A stretch of 64,000 nucleotides of DNA from Tubiluchus corallicola (Eukaryota > Animalia > Priapulida), in NCBI GenBank assembly GCA_030141605.1, contig JAQGDQ010002395.1, positions 1-64,000 on the forward strand. Reading direction: 5' to 3'. The number at the start of each line of letters is the position of its first letter. The stretch's first letter is position 1. Shown piece after piece: positions 9,301 to 17,606 of this stretch. A model generated the notes under the pieces. The model saw nothing but the letters and a program-made list of their open reading frames with translations, had not been told where the DNA came from and did not search any database. The position numbers were made by a program, and so were the translations under genes.

Positions 9301-10392
9301 AATTTAAATGGTAGTTATACTTTGATGAATGATATAGAACTACCAGACCCTACAAACGGAACTTTCCCCGCCGAGCTTCCAGCAGAAGGGTTTGAGCCTG
9401 TGGGGGTGGAGTTTAACAAGTTTAAAGGCTCATTTAAAGGACAGAATCATGTAATAAGCAATTTCTTTATAAATAGAGGAAATATGAATCGTGTAGGTTT
9501 GTTTGGTAGTACCCAAGGTACAACTATAAAAGATGTAGGTATAGAAATATCATCAGGCGGTGTTACAGGAAAAGATTATGTCGGCGGCTTGGTGGGTCAT
9601 GCCATGGAAAGTAGCACTATTACCAACAGTTATGCAAAGGGGGCTGTTACAGGAAATAATTATGTCGGCGGCCTGCTTGGGTATGCCAATATTTCTAACA
9701 CTATTACCAACAGTTATGCAACGGGTAATGTTACGGGAAGTAGTTCTGTCGGCGGCCTGGTGGGGGATTGCGCTGAATCCAACACCATTGCCAACAGTTA
9801 TGCAACGGGTAATGTTAATGGAAGTAAATATATCGGCGGCCTGGTGGGGGTACTTGGAACTGCTGGTCAGAAATCCTATATTTATAGAAGCTATGCCACA
9901 GGTAGTGTAAATGGTACAAATGTTGAAGAAGGCTATGTAGGGGGTTTGGTTGGTCGTTTTTTTAGGGGAACTATTTCAGATAGTTATGCTACAGGCAGTG
10001 TAAGTGGAAATAGACGTGTAGGAGGGTTGTTTGGTCGTATACACTATGCGAGTGCCTTTACAGAAAGAACTTACGCTACAGGTACAGTGACAGCGACTGG
10101 AGTTAACCCTGTGCTCGATGAAATTGGAGGTTTGGGAGGCAATCAATCTGGAGGAGGAGATACTCATAGTTACTGGGATATACACAGAACAGGACAGACA
10201 CGGTCTTCTGTAGGAACGGGTGTTAAAAATGGAGACAATTTAGTAAAAAGAGAGGATAAATATTACGGTAAGGATGCTAATGATAATGAAATTGAAGTTT
10301 TCATTGACTGGAAGTTTGGCGATAATAATGAGAATCCTTGGAAGTGGGAGGGCACTGGTCAGTGGCCTACTCTCTACTGGCAGGGGAACTAA
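6367..10392 (+). CDS. Modular surface lipoprotein, array copy 3 (1341 aa, expanded stalk + GLUG domain)
   Basis: Signal ending ITFG-C-KKGDEE (lipobox plus acidic/lysine export-signal-like motif); eight Ig-like domains, six near-identical; GGLVG/SYATG repeats. Confidence 0.85.
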   Translation: MKTAAFKPLINILILLLAITFGCKKGDEEPPLSDENLITEFAFRKSVNGSLAVDVDAGVITGTEIELTVPFGTALELTPTIEISDGATISPASGVPINFEETNPASYTVTAENGDEREYKVTVEVAQNTECKIKTFVFEQKYNTGVLTEDTELGEISEENNTIKLNVPYNTDVKNLVATFEVSEGATVKVGTDPQISGETGVDFSDVNGVIYTVTAQNGTSKQDYTVTVTEAPASSECEIKTFAFEKDKGNNETEGITEDVTGSITEFTIELTTPYNATITELVATFTVSEGATVTVDGVTQVSGVTDVDFTGDVTYTVTAQDGTSTQEYTVKVTEAPASSECEIKTFAFEKDKGNNETEGITEDVTGSITEFTIELTTPYNATITELVATFTVSEGATVTVDGITQVSGVTDVDFTGDVTYTVTAQDGTSTQEYTVTVTEAPSSECEIKTFAFEKDKGNNETEGITEDVTGSITEFTIELTTPYNATITELVATFTVSEGATVTVDGITQVSGVTDVDFTGDVTYTVTAQDGTSTQEYTVTVTEAPASSECEIKTFAFEKDKGNNETEGITEDVTGSITEFTIELTTPYNATITELVATFTVSEGATVTVDGITQVSGVTDVDFTGDVTYTVTAQDGTSTQEYTVKVTEAPASSECEIKTFAFEKDKGNNETEGITEDVTGSITEFTIELTTPYNATITELVATFTVSEGATVTVDGVTQVSGVTDVDFTGDVIYTVTAQDGTSTQEYTVKVTEAPASSECEIKTFAFEKDKGNNETEGITEDVTGSITEFTIELTTPYNATITELVATFTVSEGATVTVDGITQVSGVTDVDFTGDVTYTVTAQDGTSTQEYTVTVKPQPSFATVSYYERENRVGAGDFEKPDLFEISEISDIVDGEHDYSLKIGGLDAVTGKLTVTEGTATLGGGVLSTSKWKSIDDGEISIILTIGINNNDITYSTTKEQYKIKSWQDLQGMKYNLNGSYTLMNDIELPDPTNGTFPAELPAEGFEPVGVEFNKFKGSFKGQNHVISNFFINRGNMNRVGLFGSTQGTTIKDVGIEISSGGVTGKDYVGGLVGHAMESSTITNSYAKGAVTGNNYVGGLLGYANISNTITNSYATGNVTGSSSVGGLVGDCAESNTIANSYATGNVNGSKYIGGLVGVLGTAGQKSYIYRSYATGSVNGTNVEEGYVGGLVGRFFRGTISDSYATGSVSGNRRVGGLFGRIHYASAFTERTYATGTVTATGVNPVLDEIGGLGGNQSGGGDTHSYWDIHRTGQTRSSVGTGVKNGDNLVKREDKYYGKDANDNEIEVFIDWKFGDNNENPWKWEGTGQWPTLYWQGN
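7069..8940 (+). repeat. Six tandem 315-bp (105-aa) intragenic repeats
   Basis: AGTAGTGAATGTGAAATC starts at 7069, 7384, 7696, 8011, 8326 and 8641 (one unit is 312 bp). Confidence 0.95.
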
Positions 10393-10424
10393 AAAAAGAG
10401 GCAAAAGTATACTTACTAATAATT

Positions 10425-10459
10425 AAACCCGTGCTTACTGCAAAAGCACGGGTTTTTTT
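10425..10459 (+). terminator. Intrinsic terminator of lipoprotein 3
   Basis: AAACCCGTGCTT-loop-AAGCACGGGTTTTTTT. Confidence 0.8.
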
Positions 10460-10595
10460 GCATAGTTTTTCATCAAAAGAATTTACAGGCTTGATCTTGG
10501 GGTTCTTTTGTGTCATGACAAAAGAACTTGATCCTTCGCCTCTCTTACATCAAAACAAAAGAATGTAAAGAAAACAGCTAAAAGGAGATATAAAA

Positions 10596-10736
10596 CAATG
10601 CCTCGTTTTTGGAGCTCTTGTAAAAAACCATTGAGCTCTTCCCCTGAATTAAACTGTTCAAGGAAATCATCATTTAATAAATCTTCTTTTTTCATTACTG
10701 TCTAAAGTTTTAAAATTAAACAAAAAAATGCCGAGG
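10596..10736 (-). mobile_element. Truncated IS256 5' fragment (second copy)
   Basis: Same sequence and same internal breakpoint as 5895-6033. Confidence 0.9.
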
Positions 10737-10743
10737 AATCCTC

Positions 10744-10833
10744 AGCACTATCTCATAAACTGTGTAAATAGAAAATGCCGAGGGTTGCAACCCTCGGCAT
10801 TTTTTTAGTTTACACACTTTGTGAAACAGTGTC
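10744..10833 (+). mobile_element. 90-bp IS256-derived MITE (copy 3)
   Basis: Left part identical to the full IS left end (TGTGTAAATA, CCGAGGGTTG), fused to the right end. Confidence 0.9.
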
Positions 10834-10839
10834 TTCACA

Positions 10840-11271
10840 TCAGTTTAAACATACACTTAGCAGTTGTTTTTTTGTGTTGCTATTACGTTCGATAGCTTTA
10901 AATTGTTTAATGAGTTTTTGTAGTTCTTTGAGGTTGTACTTGTGAAGATCCTTGTGGTAAACGGAGCTTTTAATCATCCATTTGTTAAACCTATCGTAAT
11001 TTCCTTGTGCTAGTTCGGGGAATAGTGCATCGGTGGCTATGGTGAGTACTGTGCTGCGTAGTTTTTTAAGTGTTTTGTGTTTTTTGGTTTGCTTTATCTG
11101 CTCTTGAAGTGCTTTGATGAGGTTTTGTAGTTCTTCTTCCGAGAGTTGCTTGAGGCTCTCTACTCCGTAGTCATCCTTTATAGCATCTTTCACTACCTGG
11201 CTGTACTCTCCACTACCTACAATGGCGTGGAACCTCCTTATAAGTTGTGGTTTTTTAGTAGTTGTTCTCAT
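10840..11271 (-). CDS. Mu GemA/gp16-like phage protein
   Basis: YGVESLKQLSEEELQNLI and KDLHKYNLKELQKLIKQFKAI motifs; position in the Mu-like operon. Confidence 0.55.
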   Translation of the reverse strand: MRTTTKKPQLIRRFHAIVGSGEYSQVVKDAIKDDYGVESLKQLSEEELQNLIKALQEQIKQTKKHKTLKKLRSTVLTIATDALFPELAQGNYDRFNKWMIKSSVYHKDLHKYNLKELQKLIKQFKAIERNSNTKKQLLSVCLN

Positions 11272-11311
11272 TTTTTTTTAAGTTGATTAAAATAATAGGA
11301 ATTAGTAACTG

Positions 11312-11932
11312 TTATATGTTGCTAAAGTTGAGTTCTATATTTTGGTACTCTCCTGATTTACTTTTTACCCATATCCGTAGGTATTGCTTGCTGCTGATTA
11401 CGCGGATGGCTTTTTCTATGAGATCTAAGGCAGTGTGAAATTGTGGGTTTTTTATTTTGGTGCGGTAACGTAGAAGTGCTGTTATTTTTTTTACGTCTAA
11501 CTTTCCTCTGCTGGTTTCGAAGGCGTTCATTACTAGTTGTTTTACTACCTCGTTTTCGCTGTTTATGTTGTTGCTGATGAATTGGTTGAGTAGTGTTTTG
11601 GCTTGCTCTATGAGGTTGTCGTCGAACTCTTGTCGGTCGTTGATGTTGAGCTCGAGCTTTACGTCGCGGTTGAAGCTGTAGAGTGTGTAGTTGCCTTTGC
11701 GTTGTTCTATGCTTATACCGTTTTCTGCCATTTCTTCTAAATAGCTGTTGTGGCTTGCATCCATTGCGTATAGTTTGAAGTCGCTTAGTTTTTTGGAAAG
11801 TTGTTGTGCCTCCTTTACGAGTTTGGCAAGTAACCGTTCTTTTTTCTTTTCGCTTTTTGTTACTCTGTTTATAGGTATGGCGTTTCCTTGCTCATCTTCC
11901 CATATCTTTTCTTTGTTGGTGTGTAGTTTCAT
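11312..11932 (-). CDS. DUF3164 family protein (Bacteroidota Mu-like phage)
   Basis: WEDEQGNAIP, KGNYTLYSF, AFETSRGKLD, GEYQNIELNFS motifs. Confidence 0.8.
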   Translation of the reverse strand: MKLHTNKEKIWEDEQGNAIPINRVTKSEKKKERLLAKLVKEAQQLSKKLSDFKLYAMDASHNSYLEEMAENGISIEQRKGNYTLYSFNRDVKLELNINDRQEFDDNLIEQAKTLLNQFISNNINSENEVVKQLVMNAFETSRGKLDVKKITALLRYRTKIKNPQFHTALDLIEKAIRVISSKQYLRIWVKSKSGEYQNIELNFSNI

Positions 11933-11948
11933 AGTTATTTGTTAATAA

Positions 11949-12197
11949 TTAGTTAATAATTGTAGCTATGTATGTTCCTGTTATTGCTCCGCTTGCTGCC
12001 CCAAGTGCATAAACAATGCGTTGCAGGTCGTTGTGCATAGCCATTTTCTTTACCTTGGTAGCCCATAGGTAGCTTATGGCAAAGGAGCATATACCTAAAC
12101 CTATCCAATGGAGGTTGGCAATAAAATAGGTGTTGCCTGCCACGAATAGTACTTGTAAAAAAGCTGTGGCAAATAGTTTACATAGTTTTTTGTTCAT
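11949..12197 (-). CDS. Small phage membrane protein
   Basis: 82 aa, three hydrophobic segments, within the operon. Confidence 0.6.
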   Translation of the reverse strand: MNKKLCKLFATAFLQVLFVAGNTYFIANLHWIGLGICSFAISYLWATKVKKMAMHNDLQRIVYALGAASGAITGTYIATIIN

Positions 12198-12483
12198 AAT
12201 AGCTAAATGTTTTATAGTGTTTCCATTTGTTATAAAATTTGCTGTATTGGTTTATGGCATCCAGCCATAGCGCATTGATTAGTTTTTTTTTAGTATTTAA
12301 AATTCGTTTATAGTTGATCTTTTTGTAGTTTAACAATGTGCGGTAGCTTATAAAAAATCTGTCTTTTATAAAGACTCTCCAAATACGACTATCGGGATAG
12401 TCTTGATTTTGATTCTTGGCTTCTAAGTATGCATCCATTACCAGTTGCACCCTTTTTGCATAGTTGTACTTTTTTAAGTCCAT
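12178..12483 (-). CDS. Phage hypothetical protein
   Basis: IWRVFIKDRFFISYRTLLNY motif; tightly coupled to neighbours. Confidence 0.6.
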   Translation of the reverse strand: MDLKKYNYAKRVQLVMDAYLEAKNQNQDYPDSRIWRVFIKDRFFISYRTLLNYKKINYKRILNTKKKLINALWLDAINQYSKFYNKWKHYKTFSYYEQKTM

Positions 12484-12484
12484 A

Positions 12485-13087
12485 TTACATTATGTTTTTA
12501 GATCCTTGCTCCCATACCGTATAGGGCTCTCCGCCGCCATACCGGCTGAGGCAGTTGGCAACATACCCCTCGACCCTCACCTTCACCGAGGCGTCGTAGC
12601 GTATCATGTTCGCAAGCCTCCCTGCTGGCATCGCACCATCGGCGTGGGAAACCCAGACAAACAGCTTGTCGGGAAATTCCGACAACAGATGCTTGTAACC
12701 ACTGCTGTCGCACCCGCTATACTGTAAGCTATCTACAATTACAACCTTGGGGCCTCTGGGACGTTTTAACACTAATTGAATGTCGTTAAAACAGCATTTA
12801 TCAAATATTTTAATATTGCGACAGCCACCCAGTTCGTTGCGTTGGACAGCCTTCTTCATAGATAGCGACACCCCCTCCTCCAAACTATTATAAGCAACTT
12901 TTACATGCCTGGACAACTCCTTTGCAAGTTGCAGCGCAAATGAGGTTTTACCATTAAAAGAGCTGCCCCATATTATCCAGCTGCCCCGAACTTCGGGGCG
13001 GCCTATTGCCTTGTTGAACTTTGGAGAAAGATCCAAACCTTTAAACCTTTTTTTCAACAACTCGTTTGTCGTGATACTCCTCTTCAT
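12485..13087 (-). CDS. P-loop ATPase (RecA/Sms-like) of Mu-like phage
   Basis: Walker A GSSFNGKT, YNSLEEG, Walker B VIVDS. Confidence 0.8.
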   Translation of the reverse strand: MKRSITTNELLKKRFKGLDLSPKFNKAIGRPEVRGSWIIWGSSFNGKTSFALQLAKELSRHVKVAYNSLEEGVSLSMKKAVQRNELGGCRNIKIFDKCCFNDIQLVLKRPRGPKVVIVDSLQYSGCDSSGYKHLLSEFPDKLFVWVSHADGAMPAGRLANMIRYDASVKVRVEGYVANCLSRYGGGEPYTVWEQGSKNIM

Positions 13088-13097
13088 AACACTCTTT

Positions 13098-13973
13098 TTA
13101 TCTCCCTGAATACTCTTTCTTCAACTCTATACCCACCCTGCGGAGGCTACCATCGGTTGCGGCATACAGCTCTTTGAGGTCCCGCTTCGTATTATTTGCT
13201 TTCCCAAGCAACGCCACCTGCTGAAAAGCAAACTCCCTCTGAGCTTCCGCTCCATCCGGGGTAACCCTCTGAAACCTCTTGCCAAATCGACTGAATATCT
13301 CAGCATACCCCACCTTCTGACAACTCACATTTCTCTCTATCTTTGCCCTCAGTCCGTTTGCCCCCATCATATACCACCCGCAATGTCCCTCCGTGGCATT
13401 CCACAACGCCTTTAGCTCCAAAAAAGCAGGATAATTGAGATCCCCAGCCTCATCAAGTATGATCAAAGGTGGTACCTCCGTAGACTGTAGGTAATAAACC
13501 AAATCTTCATACACATCGGCATACCTCCCCATATTCTCAATACCAAACTCCTGAGCCATCTTCCGGATCAACTGCTGCTTAAACTTCACCTGTGAACAAT
13601 CTACATATATCGCATTGCGGTGAGACCTTACATACACCCTTGCCGTATAGCTCTTACCTATATCCGCACTATCGCACAAAAGTGCTGACAAACCATTACT
13701 TTGGCAGGAGGATAGCTGTGATGTAACAAAGTTGTATACCGGTGTCTTGGCAGTATGCCAGACACGCTCCTCCCTAAGCTGAACATCCAGCCTGCGGGCT
13801 ATCGCCAGCCACTTGCCATCCGAAAGCACCTTTTCAAACCTGCCCTGCTTAACTTGTGAAAGCACACCAGGGGCAACTCCAAGAGCCGTAGATTGCGACC
13901 TGTCACTGCTGTAGTTGTGCCTATCTGCAACGATGGCCTTTACTATCTTCTCTTTTATTCCCGTTCCAATCAT
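13098..13973 (-). CDS. MuB-like AAA ATPase (transposition protein B)
   Basis: N-terminal HTH-like region, Walker A-like SADIGKS, Walker B LIILDEA; directly downstream of the transposase. Confidence 0.85.
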   Translation of the reverse strand: MIGTGIKEKIVKAIVADRHNYSSDRSQSTALGVAPGVLSQVKQGRFEKVLSDGKWLAIARRLDVQLREERVWHTAKTPVYNFVTSQLSSCQSNGLSALLCDSADIGKSYTARVYVRSHRNAIYVDCSQVKFKQQLIRKMAQEFGIENMGRYADVYEDLVYYLQSTEVPPLIILDEAGDLNYPAFLELKALWNATEGHCGWYMMGANGLRAKIERNVSCQKVGYAEIFSRFGKRFQRVTPDGAEAQREFAFQQVALLGKANNTKRDLKELYAATDGSLRRVGIELKKEYSGR

Positions 13974-13989
13974 CTTTACTATATTTTGT

Positions 13990-16026
13990 TTATATAGAAT
14001 TACTACCTATACTCGCGTACTTCTCCACATCTAAATCGTTCACCTGTAGATCTTCCCCCGCAAACTCTGCCACTGCACTATCCCCGCCTATCCTCCCAAT
14101 ACTTTTCGAATGTGGTAAACTTGCAAGATCTGAAAGTACCATCTTGCTCTCCTTCGCCATCTTATCAAACCTGGCATTATACGCCAGCTGCTCTCTATAT
14201 CTTCTTTCGTCATGCTCGGTCCATTCAGCTTTGGCGCGGTTGAACCTCCTGACTCTCTCACAACAATCTATCAGCTTCCCTTTTTGATACAGATATACCT
14301 TGGGAACACTGCCATCTTTGCTTGGCAACCAATAGGCAGTGACCTTTGTATTATTTGACGACAACCTCTTCAGAACTTCGGGTGCAGACAACATGTACTT
14401 CTCGTAATTAACTGTGCAGTAGCTGCTGCGTCTTATGCTTGTATCGCGGCTCTCCCCAAAATGATACGCCACCACAGAATCGTTATAAACCGGAAGGTTT
14501 GGATTTAGATTGTCGAAAAATACCTCCATCCTGCTCATCCCCAGGTACCGCTTTTTATTTGGATGAAGCTCGCTGTTATAAGCATTTATCGTAAGCACAT
14601 CGTTGGCCACTATCTCCTCGAATGGCTCCAGCTTATACTTATAATTATCATTACTTTCGTCAAACACCCTCTTATTATCAACTATATTGGCAGACAACTT
14701 GCTATAGTGCCGCCCTGTCCTGCCTATCATATCTTTCTCTGTCCCATACTTCTTATTACGTATAAGCCTCTCGGCATACTTCTCCTGCGAATTGCCAGGC
14801 CTGCACCAGTGTATCTTTGGGAATATAGCACCCTCTTTAAATGCTCCCTCCCTGTAGTTGCCTACAAGGTGGTGCTCCACCTCCATTTCGAGCGGAAAGC
14901 CCACACCGTGCTCGTAGAGCCAGCCAAACATGCTTCTCATACACCCCTCCAGCAGCCCAGCATCCTTCCTCAAACTGTGCGCATGGCCGATTATCGCCCC
15001 GCTCAAAACATCAAAAGCATAATAGGCCTTTACCTTGTTGCCATTTGCTAGCCTGCTCCACATTATATCCCTGTCATCAATACTCACTTTACTCATTGAA
15101 TAATGCGGTGCGTGACGATGTATATGCGGACGGTAGTTGTACCTGAAATATTCGTTGCTCTGCCTCTTTAACTCCACCGCTATCTTGTTCGTATGTTTAT
15201 GGTAATAGTTGGCAACAGTGGTTACGCTTATCACCACTGGCTTGCCATTTTTCCTGTAATCCTTGGGATCAAAATACTCGCCGCTCCTTCTGTCATACAC
15301 CTCAAACTCACCTACCAAAAATAGACTGTAAAGCTCGTGAACACGCTCTATAAAAGGCTTTTGTGGCAAAGTGAAAAGCGATAAAAGCAAACGCTCTATC
15401 TTTGCATCCACCTTTCTATTGTTCTGGTTGCGGTACCCCTTATGTATAAAACAGACATAACCCTCCTTTTGGTACAACTTGGCTTTATCTCTCAGCCTTC
15501 TCTCGTTAGTAGGTAGCGAATGCCTGTATATGGATCTGTCTAGGGCGTTGACATATCCGCTTATCTGTTGCCATACACTCGTTGTCTTTGCTCCCATTGC
15601 CCTTCTTCTATCTACTTTTTTGCCTGCCAGTTTTATCACAGCGTTCAATATCTCAGCATTGGCCCTGTACTCCCTCTGCCGATCAAAAGGTATAGTATCA
15701 CTCCCGCCTGTATAATCTCGAAAACTATAATTTGCAAAAAACTCCCCCGCCTTTTCGTCCGGCTCTAGCAATGTCGCGAAATATGACACCGTGCTCTCAT
15801 CATAGGGATTGCCAAGCTGAGCCTCTATCTTCTCTTTAAACCTCGCCGGTATACTGTCATACACAACCCAAGCCCTCCGCCCGTTGCCACCTTTCATTAA
15901 TCTGTCTATAATGCCTCGTTGTGTCAATGCTCTATAGTTATAAATAGTTATAATATTGCCATCTCCATACAGCCAATTAGCAGCTACGCACATTACACCT
16001 TTTATATATTGTAGTGGTTGATCCAT
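13990..16026 (-). CDS. MuA-like transposase
   Basis: ~680 aa; SIDDRD...AYYAFDVLSGAIIG, EVEHHL, NSQEKYAE core; ATG at 16026 overlaps the upstream TAA (TAATG). Confidence 0.8.
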   Translation of the reverse strand: MDQPLQYIKGVMCVAANWLYGDGNIITIYNYRALTQRGIIDRLMKGGNGRRAWVVYDSIPARFKEKIEAQLGNPYDESTVSYFATLLEPDEKAGEFFANYSFRDYTGGSDTIPFDRQREYRANAEILNAVIKLAGKKVDRRRAMGAKTTSVWQQISGYVNALDRSIYRHSLPTNERRLRDKAKLYQKEGYVCFIHKGYRNQNNRKVDAKIERLLLSLFTLPQKPFIERVHELYSLFLVGEFEVYDRRSGEYFDPKDYRKNGKPVVISVTTVANYYHKHTNKIAVELKRQSNEYFRYNYRPHIHRHAPHYSMSKVSIDDRDIMWSRLANGNKVKAYYAFDVLSGAIIGHAHSLRKDAGLLEGCMRSMFGWLYEHGVGFPLEMEVEHHLVGNYREGAFKEGAIFPKIHWCRPGNSQEKYAERLIRNKKYGTEKDMIGRTGRHYSKLSANIVDNKRVFDESNDNYKYKLEPFEEIVANDVLTINAYNSELHPNKKRYLGMSRMEVFFDNLNPNLPVYNDSVVAYHFGESRDTSIRRSSYCTVNYEKYMLSAPEVLKRLSSNNTKVTAYWLPSKDGSVPKVYLYQKGKLIDCCERVRRFNRAKAEWTEHDERRYREQLAYNARFDKMAKESKMVLSDLASLPHSKSIGRIGGDSAVAEFAGEDLQVNDLDVEKYASIGSNSI

Positions 16027-16211
16027 TAACCTATGTGATCCCTTACTACTTTTACTGCCTGCTGCTCCCGACACTTTACGATGTGTCGATAAACCCTCAT
16101 TACTCTCTCATTTGACTTGTTCCCATTTATAACAGCACTTACATAACCCAAACTATAACCTGTGGCTTGAGCTATCGCACCTACATCGCCTTTTTTTAGT
16201 CCTGATTTCAT
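16026..16211 (-). CDS. Ner/Cro-like HTH regulator
   Basis: IAQATGYSLGYVSAVING HTH; first gene of the operon, divergent from the repressor. Confidence 0.75.
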   Translation of the reverse strand: MKSGLKKGDVGAIAQATGYSLGYVSAVINGNKSNERVMRVYRHIVKCREQQAVKVVRDHIG

Positions 16212-16426
16212 TTTTTTTTTATATTATTTACTTAAATTTGTTCGTTTGGCCTTAAAAAAAAAATAAGAGACTTTTGTTTGTTGCTACTGCCTTGCGGCCT
16301 ATTTTTTTTTTGCGCGTTTAGATCAAAAATCAACAAAAATGAGTCTTTTTAAAAATTAAAGAAGTAAATATATTAGAGTAATTTCTAAAATACAAATAAA
16401 AAATTAGATTTTTTTCAAAATATTTT

Positions 16427-16945
16427 ATGAAAACATCCGAAAGAATCCTGCAGTTTATTGATGATCAAAATATCACAAAAACAGAAGTTTATAATAAAAC
16501 CGGAATTTCAAATGGTGCTCTGGATAAAAAAAGCAATCTCAGAAGTGATAACTTAGAAAAGATTCTACTTTTTTACAACATTAATCCCGAATGGTTATTA
16601 ACAGGGCGTGGTGAAATGTTGAAAAGCTGTGAAAAAAACTACTTGATAGATTTGCGGGACATATTTAAACTTGATGACATTTCACAAAACAAAGCCACCT
16701 TAACTAAATTGAAAAAAAAAATTACCCAATACATCACTAATAATTATAATGTTGATGGCAATAACAATATTGTTGACGCTATAATAAGTGATGGAGCTAC
16801 TGTGTATCAAAAATCTAATACCAACAACTCAACAGACACCAGCTTACAAAAAGAAGTAAAGCTCAAAAATGAGCTAATAGAGCAGTTGCAAGCGCAATTG
16901 AAAGACAAAGACACTATAATTGAACTGCTCGCAAAAAAAACCTAA
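16427..16945 (+). CDS. Phage repressor-like HTH protein with C-terminal coiled coil
   Basis: ERILQFID...TGISNG, INPEWLLTGRGEM motif; KDTIIELL tail. Confidence 0.8.
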   Translation: MKTSERILQFIDDQNITKTEVYNKTGISNGALDKKSNLRSDNLEKILLFYNINPEWLLTGRGEMLKSCEKNYLIDLRDIFKLDDISQNKATLTKLKKKITQYITNNYNVDGNNNIVDAIISDGATVYQKSNTNNSTDTSLQKEVKLKNELIEQLQAQLKDKDTIIELLAKKT

Positions 16946-17158
16946 CTCTCCCTCTACACACATACGAATTGTGCACTGATATATTAATGACTTGTGGTAA
17001 AAACCATAAGCCACTAATAGACAGGCATATCTTTAACACACAGTTTTTAAAGCTTTTCCCTTGTGTCGCTTTGAGCAATTATAAGGCTAAAAAAAGGCTT
17101 TAAACAGTGTTTTTATGTCGTTTTCAAGTGGTTTAAAGCCCCTTTTTTGTGGTCAAAT

Positions 17159-17194
17159 GTGTATCCAACTGTATATCCAACTGTATACCCAACT
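17159..17194. repeat. Three tandem ~12-bp repeats near the prophage end
   Basis: GTGTATCCAACT GTATATCCAACT GTATACCCAACT. Confidence 0.75.
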
Positions 17195-17606
17195 ATTTTT
17201 TAGACTGTTTTTTTGCATAAAAAAAGGGGGCTTTTTACCCCCTGTATAGGCTGTTTTTTGCCTGTATATTACCGTGTGTCATTGCTGTTATATCTATGTT
17301 TTAAGGCTTATTAGGCTGTTTGTATGGCTTATATTAGCATATAGGTAGGTTCTGTTACATATCTGCTTTAAAAATTAGTGGTAAAATAGCATAAATGTAC
17401 ATTTCGTTTTGCTGGGCTTGTTTTTATATATAGGCTGTATCCCTTATAAACAGTGGTTTTTGCTGCTGTTTTGTTATTTGCTTATATGTACGTTTTGTTT
17501 TGTCCCTTATACTAAATCCCTCATTTATGTCGATAAGGGGTGGTTTATTGTTGACCTTTTTCTCAATATTGACCAATATATTTCACTTTGTAGAGATATA
17601 GTTGCG

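Larger units (their letters stand above)
10834..17511 (-). mobile_element. Mu-like transposable prophage, early region only
   Basis: Gene order: divergent repressor / Ner-like HTH - DDE transposase - MuB-like AAA - second ATPase - DUF3164 - GemA-like; end-type repeats at 17160-17511; no structural genes. Confidence 0.8.
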
